From: Bacillales bacterium
GTDB lineage: Bacteria; Bacillota; Bacilli; CAJFEE01
Length of the DNA: 64,000 bases
Assembly: GCA_029256085.1 (NCBI GenBank)
Contig: JAQSYP010000003.1
Location: forward strand, 3,891 to 67,890
Reading direction: 5' to 3'
The position numbers and the translations under genes were made by a program. Positions within the stretch are counted from its first letter, which is position 1, and the number at the start of each line of letters is the position of its first letter. The notes under the pieces are model-generated. The model worked only from the letters and a program-made list of their open reading frames with translations, searched no databases and had not been told where the DNA came from. This document shows, piece after piece, positions 39,177 to 48,881 of this stretch.

Positions 39177-40445
39177 TTAAATAGCTCTTTTAAGTTTTTC
39201 CTTTTTCTCAACAATTCTAAACATTATCTCGTAAATAATTGCGCTACACACGGCTATAATAGCCAATGCTATAAAAGTAAATTTATATCCAATAAAAGCA
39301 GATAACGGAATTGATAAAGGTGCAATTGTTCTACCAATTGTATATCTTAAACTAGCTGCAGCAAAGTATTGACCTCTCATATGTTCAGGAGATATCTTAC
39401 CAACGTAACTCTCATTAACCCCAACAGTTATTAATTCGCCTAAAGTAAAAATTACCATCCCGATAATGAATCCCCAAAAAATATAGCTCTCGCTAAAAAT
39501 AATCATAGAAATAGCATATAGTATAGATGAAGAAATAAAAACGGTTTTATCTTTCATGAAAGCAGCAACCTTTGATACCAGAACTGTAAAAAGAACAACT
39601 AATAATCCATTTTCAGATATAATCCACCCAAAAAGCTTTTCTCCACTTATATTAAAACTGAATATACCTAGCAAAGAAATATTAGTATTAGATACAATCT
39701 CCTTAATATAAACTGGTAATAAAAGATCGAGTTGCATGAATGTTTGCGATAGTAAGATACCTGCAACAATAAATAGTAAGAAAACTTTATCATTTATAAT
39801 AATACTATAGTTATTAAATTGCTCTTTAAGATGACCTTTCCAACCGGAAACTTCTTTAGTAGTTACCCCTTCAGGTTTCGTTTCTCTAATGTATTTAGCT
39901 ATTATAAAAGTTAGAAGAAACGTAACGAATGTACATGCCAATAGTAGATAAAACCTATAATCAAAAAAGAAAACTGCACCAATAATAGGTCCAATTACTA
40001 CGTTAATATTAATAGCTGTATAGAAAACAGCGAATACCTCTGCCTGTTTACTTTCTTCAACAATATCAACTACCATCGCTCTACTAGCTGGCCAGTAAAC
40101 TGAACCCATTATACCGAGTGTAGTGAAAGAAATAAACGTTAACATTGGACTATTTAAGATAGGTGAGTTTGCAAGAGTAAAGAATACGAATGATATCGCT
40201 TGGCCAAAGCATGCCCATACCATTATTATTTTTCTACCATATCTATCAACTAAATAGCCACCAAATAAATTTGCAAATACAGAGATAAGTTGAGACAAAA
40301 CTAGAAGTAAGCCAGAAGTCACTTTCCCTAAAGTCTCAGCAAAATATATCGCCATAAACGGAAAAAACATCCAAAATAATAAATTGAATAATCCTTCCCC
40401 AAAAAGTCTTATTTTTAAATTAGTATCCCACTTTAAAATATTCAT
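39177..40445 (-). CDS. MFS transporter (drug/H+ antiporter-like)
   Basis: About 12 TM segments; GG.LVDRYGRK motif A; HMRGQY. Confidence 0.88.
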   Translation of the reverse strand: MNILKWDTNLKIRLFGEGLFNLLFWMFFPFMAIYFAETLGKVTSGLLLVLSQLISVFANLFGGYLVDRYGRKIIMVWACFGQAISFVFFTLANSPILNSPMLTFISFTTLGIMGSVYWPASRAMVVDIVEESKQAEVFAVFYTAININVVIGPIIGAVFFFDYRFYLLLACTFVTFLLTFIIAKYIRETKPEGVTTKEVSGWKGHLKEQFNNYSIIINDKVFLLFIVAGILLSQTFMQLDLLLPVYIKEIVSNTNISLLGIFSFNISGEKLFGWIISENGLLVVLFTVLVSKVAAFMKDKTVFISSSILYAISMIIFSESYIFWGFIIGMVIFTLGELITVGVNESYVGKISPEHMRGQYFAAASLRYTIGRTIAPLSIPLSAFIGYKFTFIALAIIAVCSAIIYEIMFRIVEKKEKLKRAI

Positions 40446-40569
40446 ATTATATTTCCTTTTTCAAAATTTAGACAAAATGCAATATTAAATATACTAGAAA
40501 TGTAAATCTTTTACAAATTTTAATAGTATAATAGAGTTGGTACTATTATTAAAAAGGATGGTATGTATA

Positions 40570-40932
40570 ATGGAAAAGTTTATTATTATAGCTGGTGTTA
40601 ATGCCTTTTTAGCAGTTGCCCTAGGTGCATTTGGTGCACATGGACTTCAAATGAATGCAACAGACTATGCAGTTGCTATTTGGGACAAAGCATCTAGATA
40701 TCAAATGTATCATGCTTTAGGTCTATTTGTAATCGCGTTCCTTACCGATAAATATCCAAAATCGTCACTACTCGAGTGGGCAGGGTGGAGTATGCTTGGA
40801 GGAATTTTTCTTTTTTCAGGAAGTTTATATGTAATGGCGGTTACAGGAATCACTAGCCTAGGAATTGTAACTCCAGTAGGTGGGCTACTATTCATTGCTG
40901 GATGGATTTTAACTGTACTTTCTCTGAAATAA
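40570..40932 (+). CDS. ywdK: DUF423 membrane protein
   Basis: AVALGAFGAHGL, YQMYHALGL, FSGSLY, TP.GG. Confidence 0.88.
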   Translation: MEKFIIIAGVNAFLAVALGAFGAHGLQMNATDYAVAIWDKASRYQMYHALGLFVIAFLTDKYPKSSLLEWAGWSMLGGIFLFSGSLYVMAVTGITSLGIVTPVGGLLFIAGWILTVLSLK

Positions 40933-40964
40933 TAAAAACTTGGCCAAAGAAGGCCAAGTTTTTT

Positions 40965-41390
40965 CTATTGTGCACCCTTTAATGTATTAAGTAAAACGGG
41001 ATCTTGTATGTTTGTAACAATTTCGTTTCCAATCGGATAGTAGTAGTTAATTTCATTGTCAAATGTAATAAAATCTAAGTAAACCATCAATAAGACATAA
41101 CGCATTCCAGTTGTTTGATCGCTTAAGATGATGTGGTCTCTACCTGCTGCCTCAATTACACCTTTGAAAATTTTAGAAGGCCATTCCTTGCTGTTTTCAA
41201 AAGTCATGTAAACTGTTGCAACTTTCCCCTTATTTAATCGTAGGATATTTTCAATGTACGATTCTTCCCTTGGAAGAACAAATGGAACAGGCTGAACTTG
41301 TTGTGGAACTTGTGGTGGTAAATACGATCCAGAAGGCTGTAGAAAGCCTTGAGGAACATTTTGACGATAATCTCCATACTGTTGATACAT
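40965..41390 (-). CDS. gerQ: Spore coat protein GerQ
   Basis: EESYIENILRLNKGK.ATVYMTFE..., GVIEAAGRDHIILSD. Confidence 0.93.
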   Translation of the reverse strand: MYQQYGDYRQNVPQGFLQPSGSYLPPQVPQQVQPVPFVLPREESYIENILRLNKGKVATVYMTFENSKEWPSKIFKGVIEAAGRDHIILSDQTTGMRYVLLMVYLDFITFDNEINYYYPIGNEIVTNIQDPVLLNTLKGAQ

Positions 41391-41404
41391 ATAACCCCTC
41401 CTAA

Positions 41405-41839
41405 TTATGCAAATGTAGAGTAAACATTTGGACAATCTTTAATAGTCGGCTTAAAAAAGCAGTGGCTTTTATAGCGACCAGTATTATATTGGTTATACCA
41501 TGATACCGGGCAAGCCCCAGTAGGTCTGAAAAACCATAATGCATATGATGCAGGATCTATTCTTTCACCTTTAATCGCTCTTCTAGCTAACCTTTTTTCA
41601 CTTTCTCTCGCTCGTTGATAGAAATAACCTTTTATCGTAGCTTCAAAACCACCTGGTCTTTGGTAAATCATTTGTGTTAATGTTCTAGCTTTTTTAAAAT
41701 CTAAACAGTCAGATTTCACACGATTAACACCAACATTACCAACCATTAACATTCCTTGAATTCCTTCACCCTCAGCTTCAGCACGCATTAATCTGGCTAA
41801 TAAATCAACTTCTTTACTTGTATGTTTAATAACAGCCAT
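41405..41839 (-). CDS. cwlJ: Spore cortex-lytic enzyme CwlJ
   Basis: LLARLMRAEAEGEG, VGNVGVNR, GGFEA..KGYFYQRAR, YKSHCF. Confidence 0.93.
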   Translation of the reverse strand: MAVIKHTSKEVDLLARLMRAEAEGEGIQGMLMVGNVGVNRVKSDCLDFKKARTLTQMIYQRPGGFEATIKGYFYQRARESEKRLARRAIKGERIDPASYALWFFRPTGACPVSWYNQYNTGRYKSHCFFKPTIKDCPNVYSTFA

Positions 41840-41951
41840 ATTCTCACCTCTCTATTGTGAGATTTAATATTTATGTGCATATATCATTAATATGCGCATG
41901 AATTTAAAATATGAAAGGGAGAGTGCATTTGTGACACTCTCCCTAAAAAAT

Positions 41952-42695
41952 TTATATTGAAAATAATTGTTGAAACTTTTCTGAATCTAAAAAATTACCT
42001 ACAAAAAATTGGCCAAATTCACCATATCTTGCACTTACCTCATCAAATCTCATTTCATAAACTAACTTTTTAAAGTTTAATGGATCGTCTCCAAATAAAG
42101 TAACTCCCCATTCCCAATCATCAAGTCCAACTGATCCAGAAACAATTTGAACAATTTTACCAGCATAATTCCTTCCAGTTTTACCGTGGGATGCCATATG
42201 CTTTCTACGTTCTTCCATAGGTAGCATATACCAATTATCACTCCCTTCACGACGTTTATTCATAGGATAAAAACAAATATGTTTAGTTTTAGGAAGCTTC
42301 GGGTATAATCGTGCTCTAATTTCAGGAACTTGATATGGATCTTCTTCTTTTGATAAGTAGTTACTTAACTCAACAATAGAAACGTAAGAATAAGCTGGTA
42401 AAAAATAATCTGAAATACGTAGCTTATTTAGTTCAAGCTCAGCACTATGTAATTCATCAAGTGTTGGCCTTAAAATCATAAACAAGATATCAGCCTTGTC
42501 CCCGACTACTGAATAAGAACCATGAGAACCTTGGTCTTCTTTTTCAGTTTGTGACCATTTTTTTAATAAGTCTTGTAATTCATTAATTAAAGAAGTTCTT
42601 TCTTCTGAAGGTAATATTCTCCATGAAACCCAATCAATACTTTTTAATATGTGTAACGAGTACCACCCGTCTAATGTTTTTGCTGCCTCAGTCAT
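41952..42695 (-). CDS. hemQ: Coproheme decarboxylase
   Basis: [38 protein letters not shown]. Confidence 0.93.
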   Translation of the reverse strand: MTEAAKTLDGWYSLHILKSIDWVSWRILPSEERTSLINELQDLLKKWSQTEKEDQGSHGSYSVVGDKADILFMILRPTLDELHSAELELNKLRISDYFLPAYSYVSIVELSNYLSKEEDPYQVPEIRARLYPKLPKTKHICFYPMNKRREGSDNWYMLPMEERRKHMASHGKTGRNYAGKIVQIVSGSVGLDDWEWGVTLFGDDPLNFKKLVYEMRFDEVSARYGEFGQFFVGNFLDSEKFQQLFSI

Positions 42696-42979
42696 TTTAA
42701 TTCCTCCTAAGAACGTGATAATAACTCTCATTTACAGTGTAACATGTTCATTATTTTTTCTAAATTATAATGTTTCTAAGTTATTAAAAATGGTATATAA
42801 TTATATATAACAGAGTGTGTATAATTTGTATAACAACTCCACAAACTGTTATATAATAAGGGTAAATTGGTGAAACATTACCAAAATTTTTTATGAATAA
42901 TTTTCAAAAAAGTATTCTCAGGATTACAAAAATGCATTATTCTAACTATAGAACAATTCATTCATGGGAGGCCTCCAAA

Positions 42980-43954
42980 GTGAGCGACTTATTTTCATTA
43001 TTAAAAGAAAGTATACAAGGTAAAAATACACGTATAGTATTTCCTGAAGGTAAAGACATAAGAGTCTTAAAAGCAGCTGTACGTTTAAAAGTTGAAAATA
43101 TAATAAATCCAGTTGTAATTGGTGATAAGGAAGAACTAGAAAAAATAGCTAGTGATGCTAATTTTAGTTTAACTAATTTAGAAATAATTAATCCAAACAC
43201 TTATGAAAAATTCGATGAGATGGTAGCATCATTTGTTGAAAGAAGAAAAGGCAAAGTTACTCTTGAAGATGCACATAAAATCTTAAAAGATGTAAATTAC
43301 TTTGGGACAATGTTGGTTTATTTAGAAATGGCAGATGGATTAGTTAGCGGTGCAATTCACTCAACTGGGGATACTGTTAGACCTGCATTGCAAATAATAA
43401 AGACTAGACCAGGGGTTTCAAGGACATCAGGTGTATTTATAATGGCTCGTAATGATGATAGATACGTTTTTGCTGATTGTGCAATTAACATCTCTCCAAA
43501 CAGTACTGACCTAGCTGAAATAGCAATAGAGAGTGCTAAAACTGCCGAGATGTTTGGAATTGAACCTAGAGTTGCGATGTTATCATTCTCGACAAAAGGT
43601 TCAGCCCATTCGCCTGAAACAACAAAGGTAGAAGAGGCAACGGCAATTGCACAAGAAATGGCACCAAATTTAGTCATAGACGGTGAGCTTCAATTTGATG
43701 CAGCGATTGTACCTTCAGTTGCAAAGCAAAAAGCTCCAAATTCAAAAATTAAAGGTGATGCAACAGTGTTTGTCTTCCCTACATTAGAAGCTGGAAATAT
43801 CGGCTATAAAATTGCTCAAAGACTAGGTGGATTTGATGCAGTAGGGCCAATCCTTCAAGGTCTTAACAAGCCTGTTAATGACTTATCTAGAGGTTGTAGT
43901 GAAGAAGATGTTTACAAATTGGCAATTATTACTGCGGCTCAAGCAGGTTTCTAA
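42980..43954 (+). CDS. pta: Phosphate acetyltransferase
   Basis: RIVFPEG.D.R, SGA.HST, FADCAIN, DGELQFDAA, GNIGYK, NDLSRG; GTG start 42980. Confidence 0.95.
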   Translation: MSDLFSLLKESIQGKNTRIVFPEGKDIRVLKAAVRLKVENIINPVVIGDKEELEKIASDANFSLTNLEIINPNTYEKFDEMVASFVERRKGKVTLEDAHKILKDVNYFGTMLVYLEMADGLVSGAIHSTGDTVRPALQIIKTRPGVSRTSGVFIMARNDDRYVFADCAINISPNSTDLAEIAIESAKTAEMFGIEPRVAMLSFSTKGSAHSPETTKVEEATAIAQEMAPNLVIDGELQFDAAIVPSVAKQKAPNSKIKGDATVFVFPTLEAGNIGYKIAQRLGGFDAVGPILQGLNKPVNDLSRGCSEEDVYKLAIITAAQAGF

Positions 43955-44016
43955 TATGAAAAAATCCCGTATGTCTCAAATAGACAACGGGATTTTTTTT
44001 AAGTGTATACTTGTAG

Positions 44017-44410
44017 AAAACTGCTCTCTTTCCGCGGGCACGGCCTCATGCTCCCCAGTTGTAAAAATGGATATTCGGCTCGTGATGTTGAGGTAAGTAA
44101 AAAACTAAAAATCATACGGAAACCTTGTGGTATTTCTAGTTCAGTGATGTTCAAGAATCTGCGAAGACTCCTAGGGGTTAGCTGGCAAAGGAAGACCCCG
44201 CAACGAGTTTGCGGGGGCCACTAAAAAACTAGCTTGTCAGAGTTCAGGAAACGAAAGTGAGTATTTTACTAAGTTGTATTGATTGTAGCGAAGGTGCTCG
44301 ACTCCTGCGGGAAAAGCAGGCTAAGTAAGACCCCGTAAGCGAGCGGAGCGAGTGCGGAGGCTTGCAGACTGCCCGCGGAAAGCGAGCACCGAAAGCGAAA
44401 ATCAACACTT
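44017..44410 (+). repeat. Composite REP/BIME-like mosaic (modules B1 partial 44017-44089, C 44145-44230, B2 44279-44410)
   Basis: B1 matches 52911-53028; C matches reverse complement of 59766-59858; B2 (GCGAAGGTGCTCGACTCC...CCGCGGAAAGCGAGCACC) matches reverse complement of 59658-59709. Confidence 0.8.
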
Positions 44411-44414
44411 ATTC

Positions 44415-45209
44415 TTATTCTGCAACTTTTTCTAAATTTCCATTTTTATCCATTTTAAATGCTGTAGTAGCGCGGTCTTCTTCCTCAAACAGAACTAGCT
44501 TTCTAGCTCTATTTAAGATCTTCATAAGCGTATCATAGTCCTCGTGCATTGAAGTCGCTTCTGCCTCGAGTGTTTTAACACGGTTTTGTAAATCCTCAAC
44601 CATATTTTTTAAATTATTATTTTCTCGAGCTAGTCTTGAATTTTCGTATTGCAACATACTATCTTGAGCTGTTTGTACTTTTAGCGTTCTTAAATATTGA
44701 ATTACCTCATCAATTGTTAAATTACCGCCGTTTAAACTATTATTCGGTAATTGACGATCACTTTGAAACGATGGTTGAACTCTATCATTATTTAGAGGTA
44801 TTGTTAACTCATTACTTACCTCATTATTGTAATCATTCACGGCGTAATTAACTTGGGCGTTATTTTGTTCATATGATTCTACTACAGGATTTAGTTGTTC
44901 ACTAGTATGAAAGGTTGTATTTACAGCAGGTGTATATAGTAAATTCTTTTTAACTTTAACAGTAGTTGGTGCTGTATATGCACGTTTCTTATCTTTCCTA
45001 AATTTCTTAGCTAGTTGTAATGCTTTCTCGTATTTGTGCCTAACAACTGCATTCCAACGAAAGCCACACGCAGCAGATGTTCTATTAAGAATATCTCCGA
45101 CTTCCTCAAATGCGTTTAATTGTGTACTACCTTCACGTACGTGACGCAAAACAGTTTCAGCTAATAGTAAATCATTTTCGTCCGACCATGCATCTTGACG
45201 CAATTTCAT
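44415..45209 (-). CDS. rsfA: Prespore transcriptional regulator RsfA
   Basis: RQDAWS.ENDLLLAETVLRHVREGSTQL.AFEEVG..LNRT.AACGFRWN; ends FKMDKNGNLE. Confidence 0.93.
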   Translation of the reverse strand: MKLRQDAWSDENDLLLAETVLRHVREGSTQLNAFEEVGDILNRTSAACGFRWNAVVRHKYEKALQLAKKFRKDKKRAYTAPTTVKVKKNLLYTPAVNTTFHTSEQLNPVVESYEQNNAQVNYAVNDYNNEVSNELTIPLNNDRVQPSFQSDRQLPNNSLNGGNLTIDEVIQYLRTLKVQTAQDSMLQYENSRLARENNNLKNMVEDLQNRVKTLEAEATSMHEDYDTLMKILNRARKLVLFEEEDRATTAFKMDKNGNLEKVAE

Positions 45210-45251
45210 TAAAAAAATCTCCCTTCACTTTAAAAAAATTCTAGATGCTAC

Positions 45252-45281
45252 TATCTTGTACAAAAATAGTAATGTTTATAC
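45252..45281 (-). promoter_or_regulatory. SigF/SigG-type promoter of rsfA
   Basis: GTATA-N18-CAAGATA on minus strand. Confidence 0.45.
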
Positions 45282-45400
45282 GAAAATGGTAAAAAGTATA
45301 ATAGATTAATACAAAAGTTGGATTATTGCATTGTTTTTGTGATAGATGTAAAATACGCATTAGTGATTAAGTTTTTTTAAAATGAAAGGAATGCAGTTTA

Positions 45401-45643
45401 ATGGCAAATGAGTTTCGAATATGCGATGAATGTCTTGCTACTAATATAAAAACACTAGTACCTAGATTGAAAAAAATAGATCCTGAGGCAACGATACAAA
45501 TAGGATGTCAATCTTATTGTGGCCCTGGCCGTAAAAAAGTATTTGCCTTTGTAAATGATAAGCCGTTAACAGGTATGACAGAGGACGAGTTGATTAAAAA
45601 AATTGAGAAAAAAATAGGTACTAAACAAATTTCAAATATTTAA
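45401..45643 (+). CDS. ywzC: DUF1450 protein
   Basis: EFRICDEC...[10 protein letters not shown]; synteny with rsfA and ywfO. Confidence 0.85.
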   Translation: MANEFRICDECLATNIKTLVPRLKKIDPEATIQIGCQSYCGPGRKKVFAFVNDKPLTGMTEDELIKKIEKKIGTKQISNI

Positions 45644-45798
45644 TTTAAATTTAAATAATAAGCTAGAATTGCGAATAATATGACCGCAACTCTAGCTTTT
45701 TTTTACATCAAATTTTCAAAAATGTTAATATTTAATGTTTAACACGATAAATTTAAAAGTTATAATGATAATTAAGATGTTGGAAAGGGGGGTTTTTT

Positions 45799-47094
45799 GT
45801 GAATCCCGAAAAAAAACTTAGCGAAGAAAAAGTTTTTAAAGACCCTGTACATAGATATATTCATGTAAGGGATAAATTAATTTGGGATTTAATAGGAACT
45901 AAAGAATTCCAAAGATTACGTAGAATAAAGCAGCTAGGTACAACATATTTAACTTTTCATGGAGCAGAACATAGTAGATTTAGTCACTCACTCGGAGTGT
46001 ATGAAATAATACGTAGAATAATAGATGACGTTTTTAAAGGCAGAGACGAATGGGATGAAGGTGAAAGGTTAGTGACGTTGTGTGCAGCACTATTACACGA
46101 TGTTGGTCATGGTCCGTTTTCGCATTCCTTTGAAAAAGTATTTCACTTAGATCATGAGAGTTTTACACAAAAAATAATTTTAGGGGAAACAGAAGTTAAT
46201 AATGTCCTAAAAGAAGAAGGTGCAGATTTCCCAACTAAAGTTTCTGAGGTAATTGCCAAAACTTATAAAAACAAACAAGTTATAAGTCTAATTTCAAGTC
46301 AAATTGACGCTGATAGGATGGATTATTTATTACGAGATGCATATTACACGGGAGTGAGTTATGGTAATTTTGACATGGAAAGAATTCTCCGAACAATGAG
46401 ACCTCGTGAAGATATGGTTGTTTTTAAAAGTAGTGGTATGCATGCTGTAGAAGACTATATAATGAGTCGCTACCAGATGTATTGGCAAGTTTATTTTCAT
46501 CCAGTAACAAGAAGCGCAGAGGTAATACTATCAAAAATATTACATAGAGCTAAAAAACTATATTTGAATGGATATGAGTTTAAGTACCACCCAACACATT
46601 TTGAATCTATTTTTAACGGATCAGTAACATTAGAAGATTATATTAGGTTAGATGAAGGTGTTGCCTTTTATTATTTTCAGCAGTGGCTAGATGAGGAAGA
46701 TAAAATTTTAAAAGATTTATGTGATAGGTTTTTAAATCGTAGGTTGTTTCAATACATTGAATTTAATGCCTTATTACAACTAGATAAATGGAGTGAATTA
46801 ACAAACCTCTTTAAGAAAGCTGGTATTGATCCTGAGTACTATTTAGTACCAGATTCTTCTTCGGATCTACCATATGATTACTATCGTCCAGGTGAAGAAG
46901 AGGAAAGATTACCTATTTATTTGTTAATGGGGAATAATGATATCCGTGAATTATCAAGGGAGTCATTTATAGTTGAGGCTATTTCAGGGAAAAAACGTAC
47001 AGATCATAAGCTATATTTTCCTTTAGACTTAATTAATGATACTAGCTCAAAGAAAAAATACAAAGAAGAAATCAAGAGAATATTAGGCATATAG
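45799..47094 (+). CDS. ywfO: HD-domain phosphohydrolase
   Basis: FKDPVH, FQRLRRIKQLG, HSRFSHSLG, LHDVGHGPFSH, DADRMDYL.RD. Confidence 0.92.
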   Translation: MNPEKKLSEEKVFKDPVHRYIHVRDKLIWDLIGTKEFQRLRRIKQLGTTYLTFHGAEHSRFSHSLGVYEIIRRIIDDVFKGRDEWDEGERLVTLCAALLHDVGHGPFSHSFEKVFHLDHESFTQKIILGETEVNNVLKEEGADFPTKVSEVIAKTYKNKQVISLISSQIDADRMDYLLRDAYYTGVSYGNFDMERILRTMRPREDMVVFKSSGMHAVEDYIMSRYQMYWQVYFHPVTRSAEVILSKILHRAKKLYLNGYEFKYHPTHFESIFNGSVTLEDYIRLDEGVAFYYFQQWLDEEDKILKDLCDRFLNRRLFQYIEFNALLQLDKWSELTNLFKKAGIDPEYYLVPDSSSDLPYDYYRPGEEEERLPIYLLMGNNDIRELSRESFIVEAISGKKRTDHKLYFPLDLINDTSSKKKYKEEIKRILGI

Positions 47095-47106
47095 GCGGTG
47101 TATTTC

Positions 47107-47616
47107 GTGCTTGAATCATACATTTATATTTTAGAGTTTATAAACAAAGCAAAAGAAATAAGTGGTAGGAAGAAACTTCAGAAAATGATATACATATCAA
47201 AGAAATTCAATCTACCATTTATTGAGCGTTTTAACTTTCATTTTTATGGACCTTATTCGGATGAGTTGACTGTTAAGGTTGAAGAACTTTGTAATATGGG
47301 ATTAATTGAAGAAGAGAAAACTAAAAAAAGTGGAGCAACGCAATATGTTTATCGACTAACAAATAAAGGTGAAGATGTTTTAACCAATCACCTTGAACAA
47401 TTGAGAGAACACATACCTTTAATCAACAATTTACAAAATCAAACATCTAGATTTTTGGAATTAGTTGCAACTCTACTATATTTTGAGAGTTTAAGTATGA
47501 TAGAGGCAATAGAAAAAGTAAAGAGCCTGAAAAGTAAACAGAACTATACTGATGAGGAGTTTACTATAGCATATGACTTTATTGAAAAGCTAAAGAAAAA
47601 CGAGGTGGCTTGCTAG
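47107..47616 (+). CDS. ywgA: YwgA family protein
   Basis: GRKKLQKMIYI, FHFYGPYS.EL, SRFLELVATLLYF. Confidence 0.88.
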   Translation: MLESYIYILEFINKAKEISGRKKLQKMIYISKKFNLPFIERFNFHFYGPYSDELTVKVEELCNMGLIEEEKTKKSGATQYVYRLTNKGEDVLTNHLEQLREHIPLINNLQNQTSRFLELVATLLYFESLSMIEAIEKVKSLKSKQNYTDEEFTIAYDFIEKLKKNEVAC

Positions 47617-47639
47617 CCCCTCGTTTTATCATCATTTTT

Positions 47640-47825
47640 TTATTGATCGCTTAAGCGAACACCTGCTACTGCATAGTGGCTTTTCGGCATATCTTCAATA
47701 AATACAACAACCTTTTCTACTGGTGCACCAGTTGTTTCACTTACAACTGCAGTTACTTTTTCAACAAGATTTTTCTTTTGCTCGTCAGTACGTCCTTCTA
47801 ACATTTTAACTGTTACGTATGGCAT
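47640..47825 (-). CDS. ywhB: 4-oxalocrotonate tautomerase family protein
   Basis: Catalytic Pro1: PYVTVKMLEGRTDEQK. Confidence 0.92.
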   Translation of the reverse strand: MPYVTVKMLEGRTDEQKKNLVEKVTAVVSETTGAPVEKVVVFIEDMPKSHYAVAGVRLSDQ

Positions 47826-47945
47826 TTAGTTGACCCCCATATAATTGATAATATGACTAGTTTCTGCTTAAATAATGTTATTATGTACTTAGCAAACACT
47901 ATCATAATTAAATTATAATATAAATAAATTTGGAGGACAAAATTT

Positions 47946-48596
47946 TTGGAAAATACTTTTATAGATTCATTAAGAGATTTACCATTTATTATTATTTCGT
48001 TAGTTATTGCTTTTTCTGTTCATGAGTTCGCCCATGCATATACAGCATACAAATTCGGGGATAATACCGCCGCAAGAGAAGGCAGATTAACGCTTTCTCC
48101 GAGAAGTCATATCGATCCAATCGGAGCTATAGCAATTTTTCTTTTAGGATTTGGTTGGGCGAGGCCTGTACCAGTAAACCCTAGAAATTTCAAAAATCCA
48201 AGAACTGCTGGAATTTTAGTATCTTTGGCTGGACCTGCGAGTAACTTAATACTCGCTACTATAGGAATGTTTATACTTATTCAACTAGTCAAACTTGGTA
48301 TTTCAGACGGTAGCAATTATGGCAGTACTTTAACAGATTTTTTTCAAGTGTTTATCCAATTAAACGTAATTTTGTTTGTGTTTAATCTATTGCCGATCCC
48401 ACCATTAGATGGTTATAGAATAATTTTTGATCTTGTGCCTAGAAGGGTTCAGTGGACATTGAACAAATATGAGGCATATGGAATGATTATTTTTTTAATA
48501 TTAGTAATTACTCCTTTGAATGCGTATACTATTGGCTACCTATTCAGGACAGTTGTACCTGGAATAATGTACGGTTTACAAGGGATTTTCGTTTAA
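47946..48596 (+). CDS. ywhC: Site-2 (M50) membrane metalloprotease
   Basis: HEFAH, AGP.SN, FNLLPIPPLDG. Confidence 0.9.
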   Translation: MENTFIDSLRDLPFIIISLVIAFSVHEFAHAYTAYKFGDNTAAREGRLTLSPRSHIDPIGAIAIFLLGFGWARPVPVNPRNFKNPRTAGILVSLAGPASNLILATIGMFILIQLVKLGISDGSNYGSTLTDFFQVFIQLNVILFVFNLLPIPPLDGYRIIFDLVPRRVQWTLNKYEAYGMIIFLILVITPLNAYTIGYLFRTVVPGIMYGLQGIFV

Positions 48597-48737
48597 TAAA
48601 AGCAGTTCCAAAGTTGAAATTTGGAACTGCTTTATTTTGTGATTGGAAGTTTTTCGACACGACGGTGCGGTTTTCCATAAAAATGGTGCAATCTAATCCT
48701 ACCAATCAAGATCTATCAACTAATTTGTCGAAGAATA

Positions 48738-48848
48738 ATAAAGAAAACTCGGCGATTGCCGAGCTTTTAAAGCGACTGCAGAGCCGTAGTTGCACTTATG
48801 CGTTAGGAAAGTATGAACTACTCAGAAGTTTATCCTTTCCTATTAGCC
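48738..48848 (-). repeat. Repeat family A, copy 3
   Basis: Reverse complement aligns to 6833-6942 and 37147-37255. Confidence 0.9.
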
Positions 48849-48881
48849 AAAAAAACCATCCCAAACAGAATTTGAGATGGT

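Noticed and set aside
41952..42695. hemQ as part of the ccm cluster
   Set aside because: hemQ-pta is standard Bacillus synteny; the proximity is incidental
43878..44224. ORFs 43878-44096 and 44003-44224
   Set aside because: They run across the pta terminator and palindromic repeats and lack an RBS; likely spurious
45799..47616. HD hydrolase + YwgA as a toxin-antitoxin or anti-phage dNTPase system
   Set aside because: This is the conserved ywfO-ywgA pair at its usual backbone position
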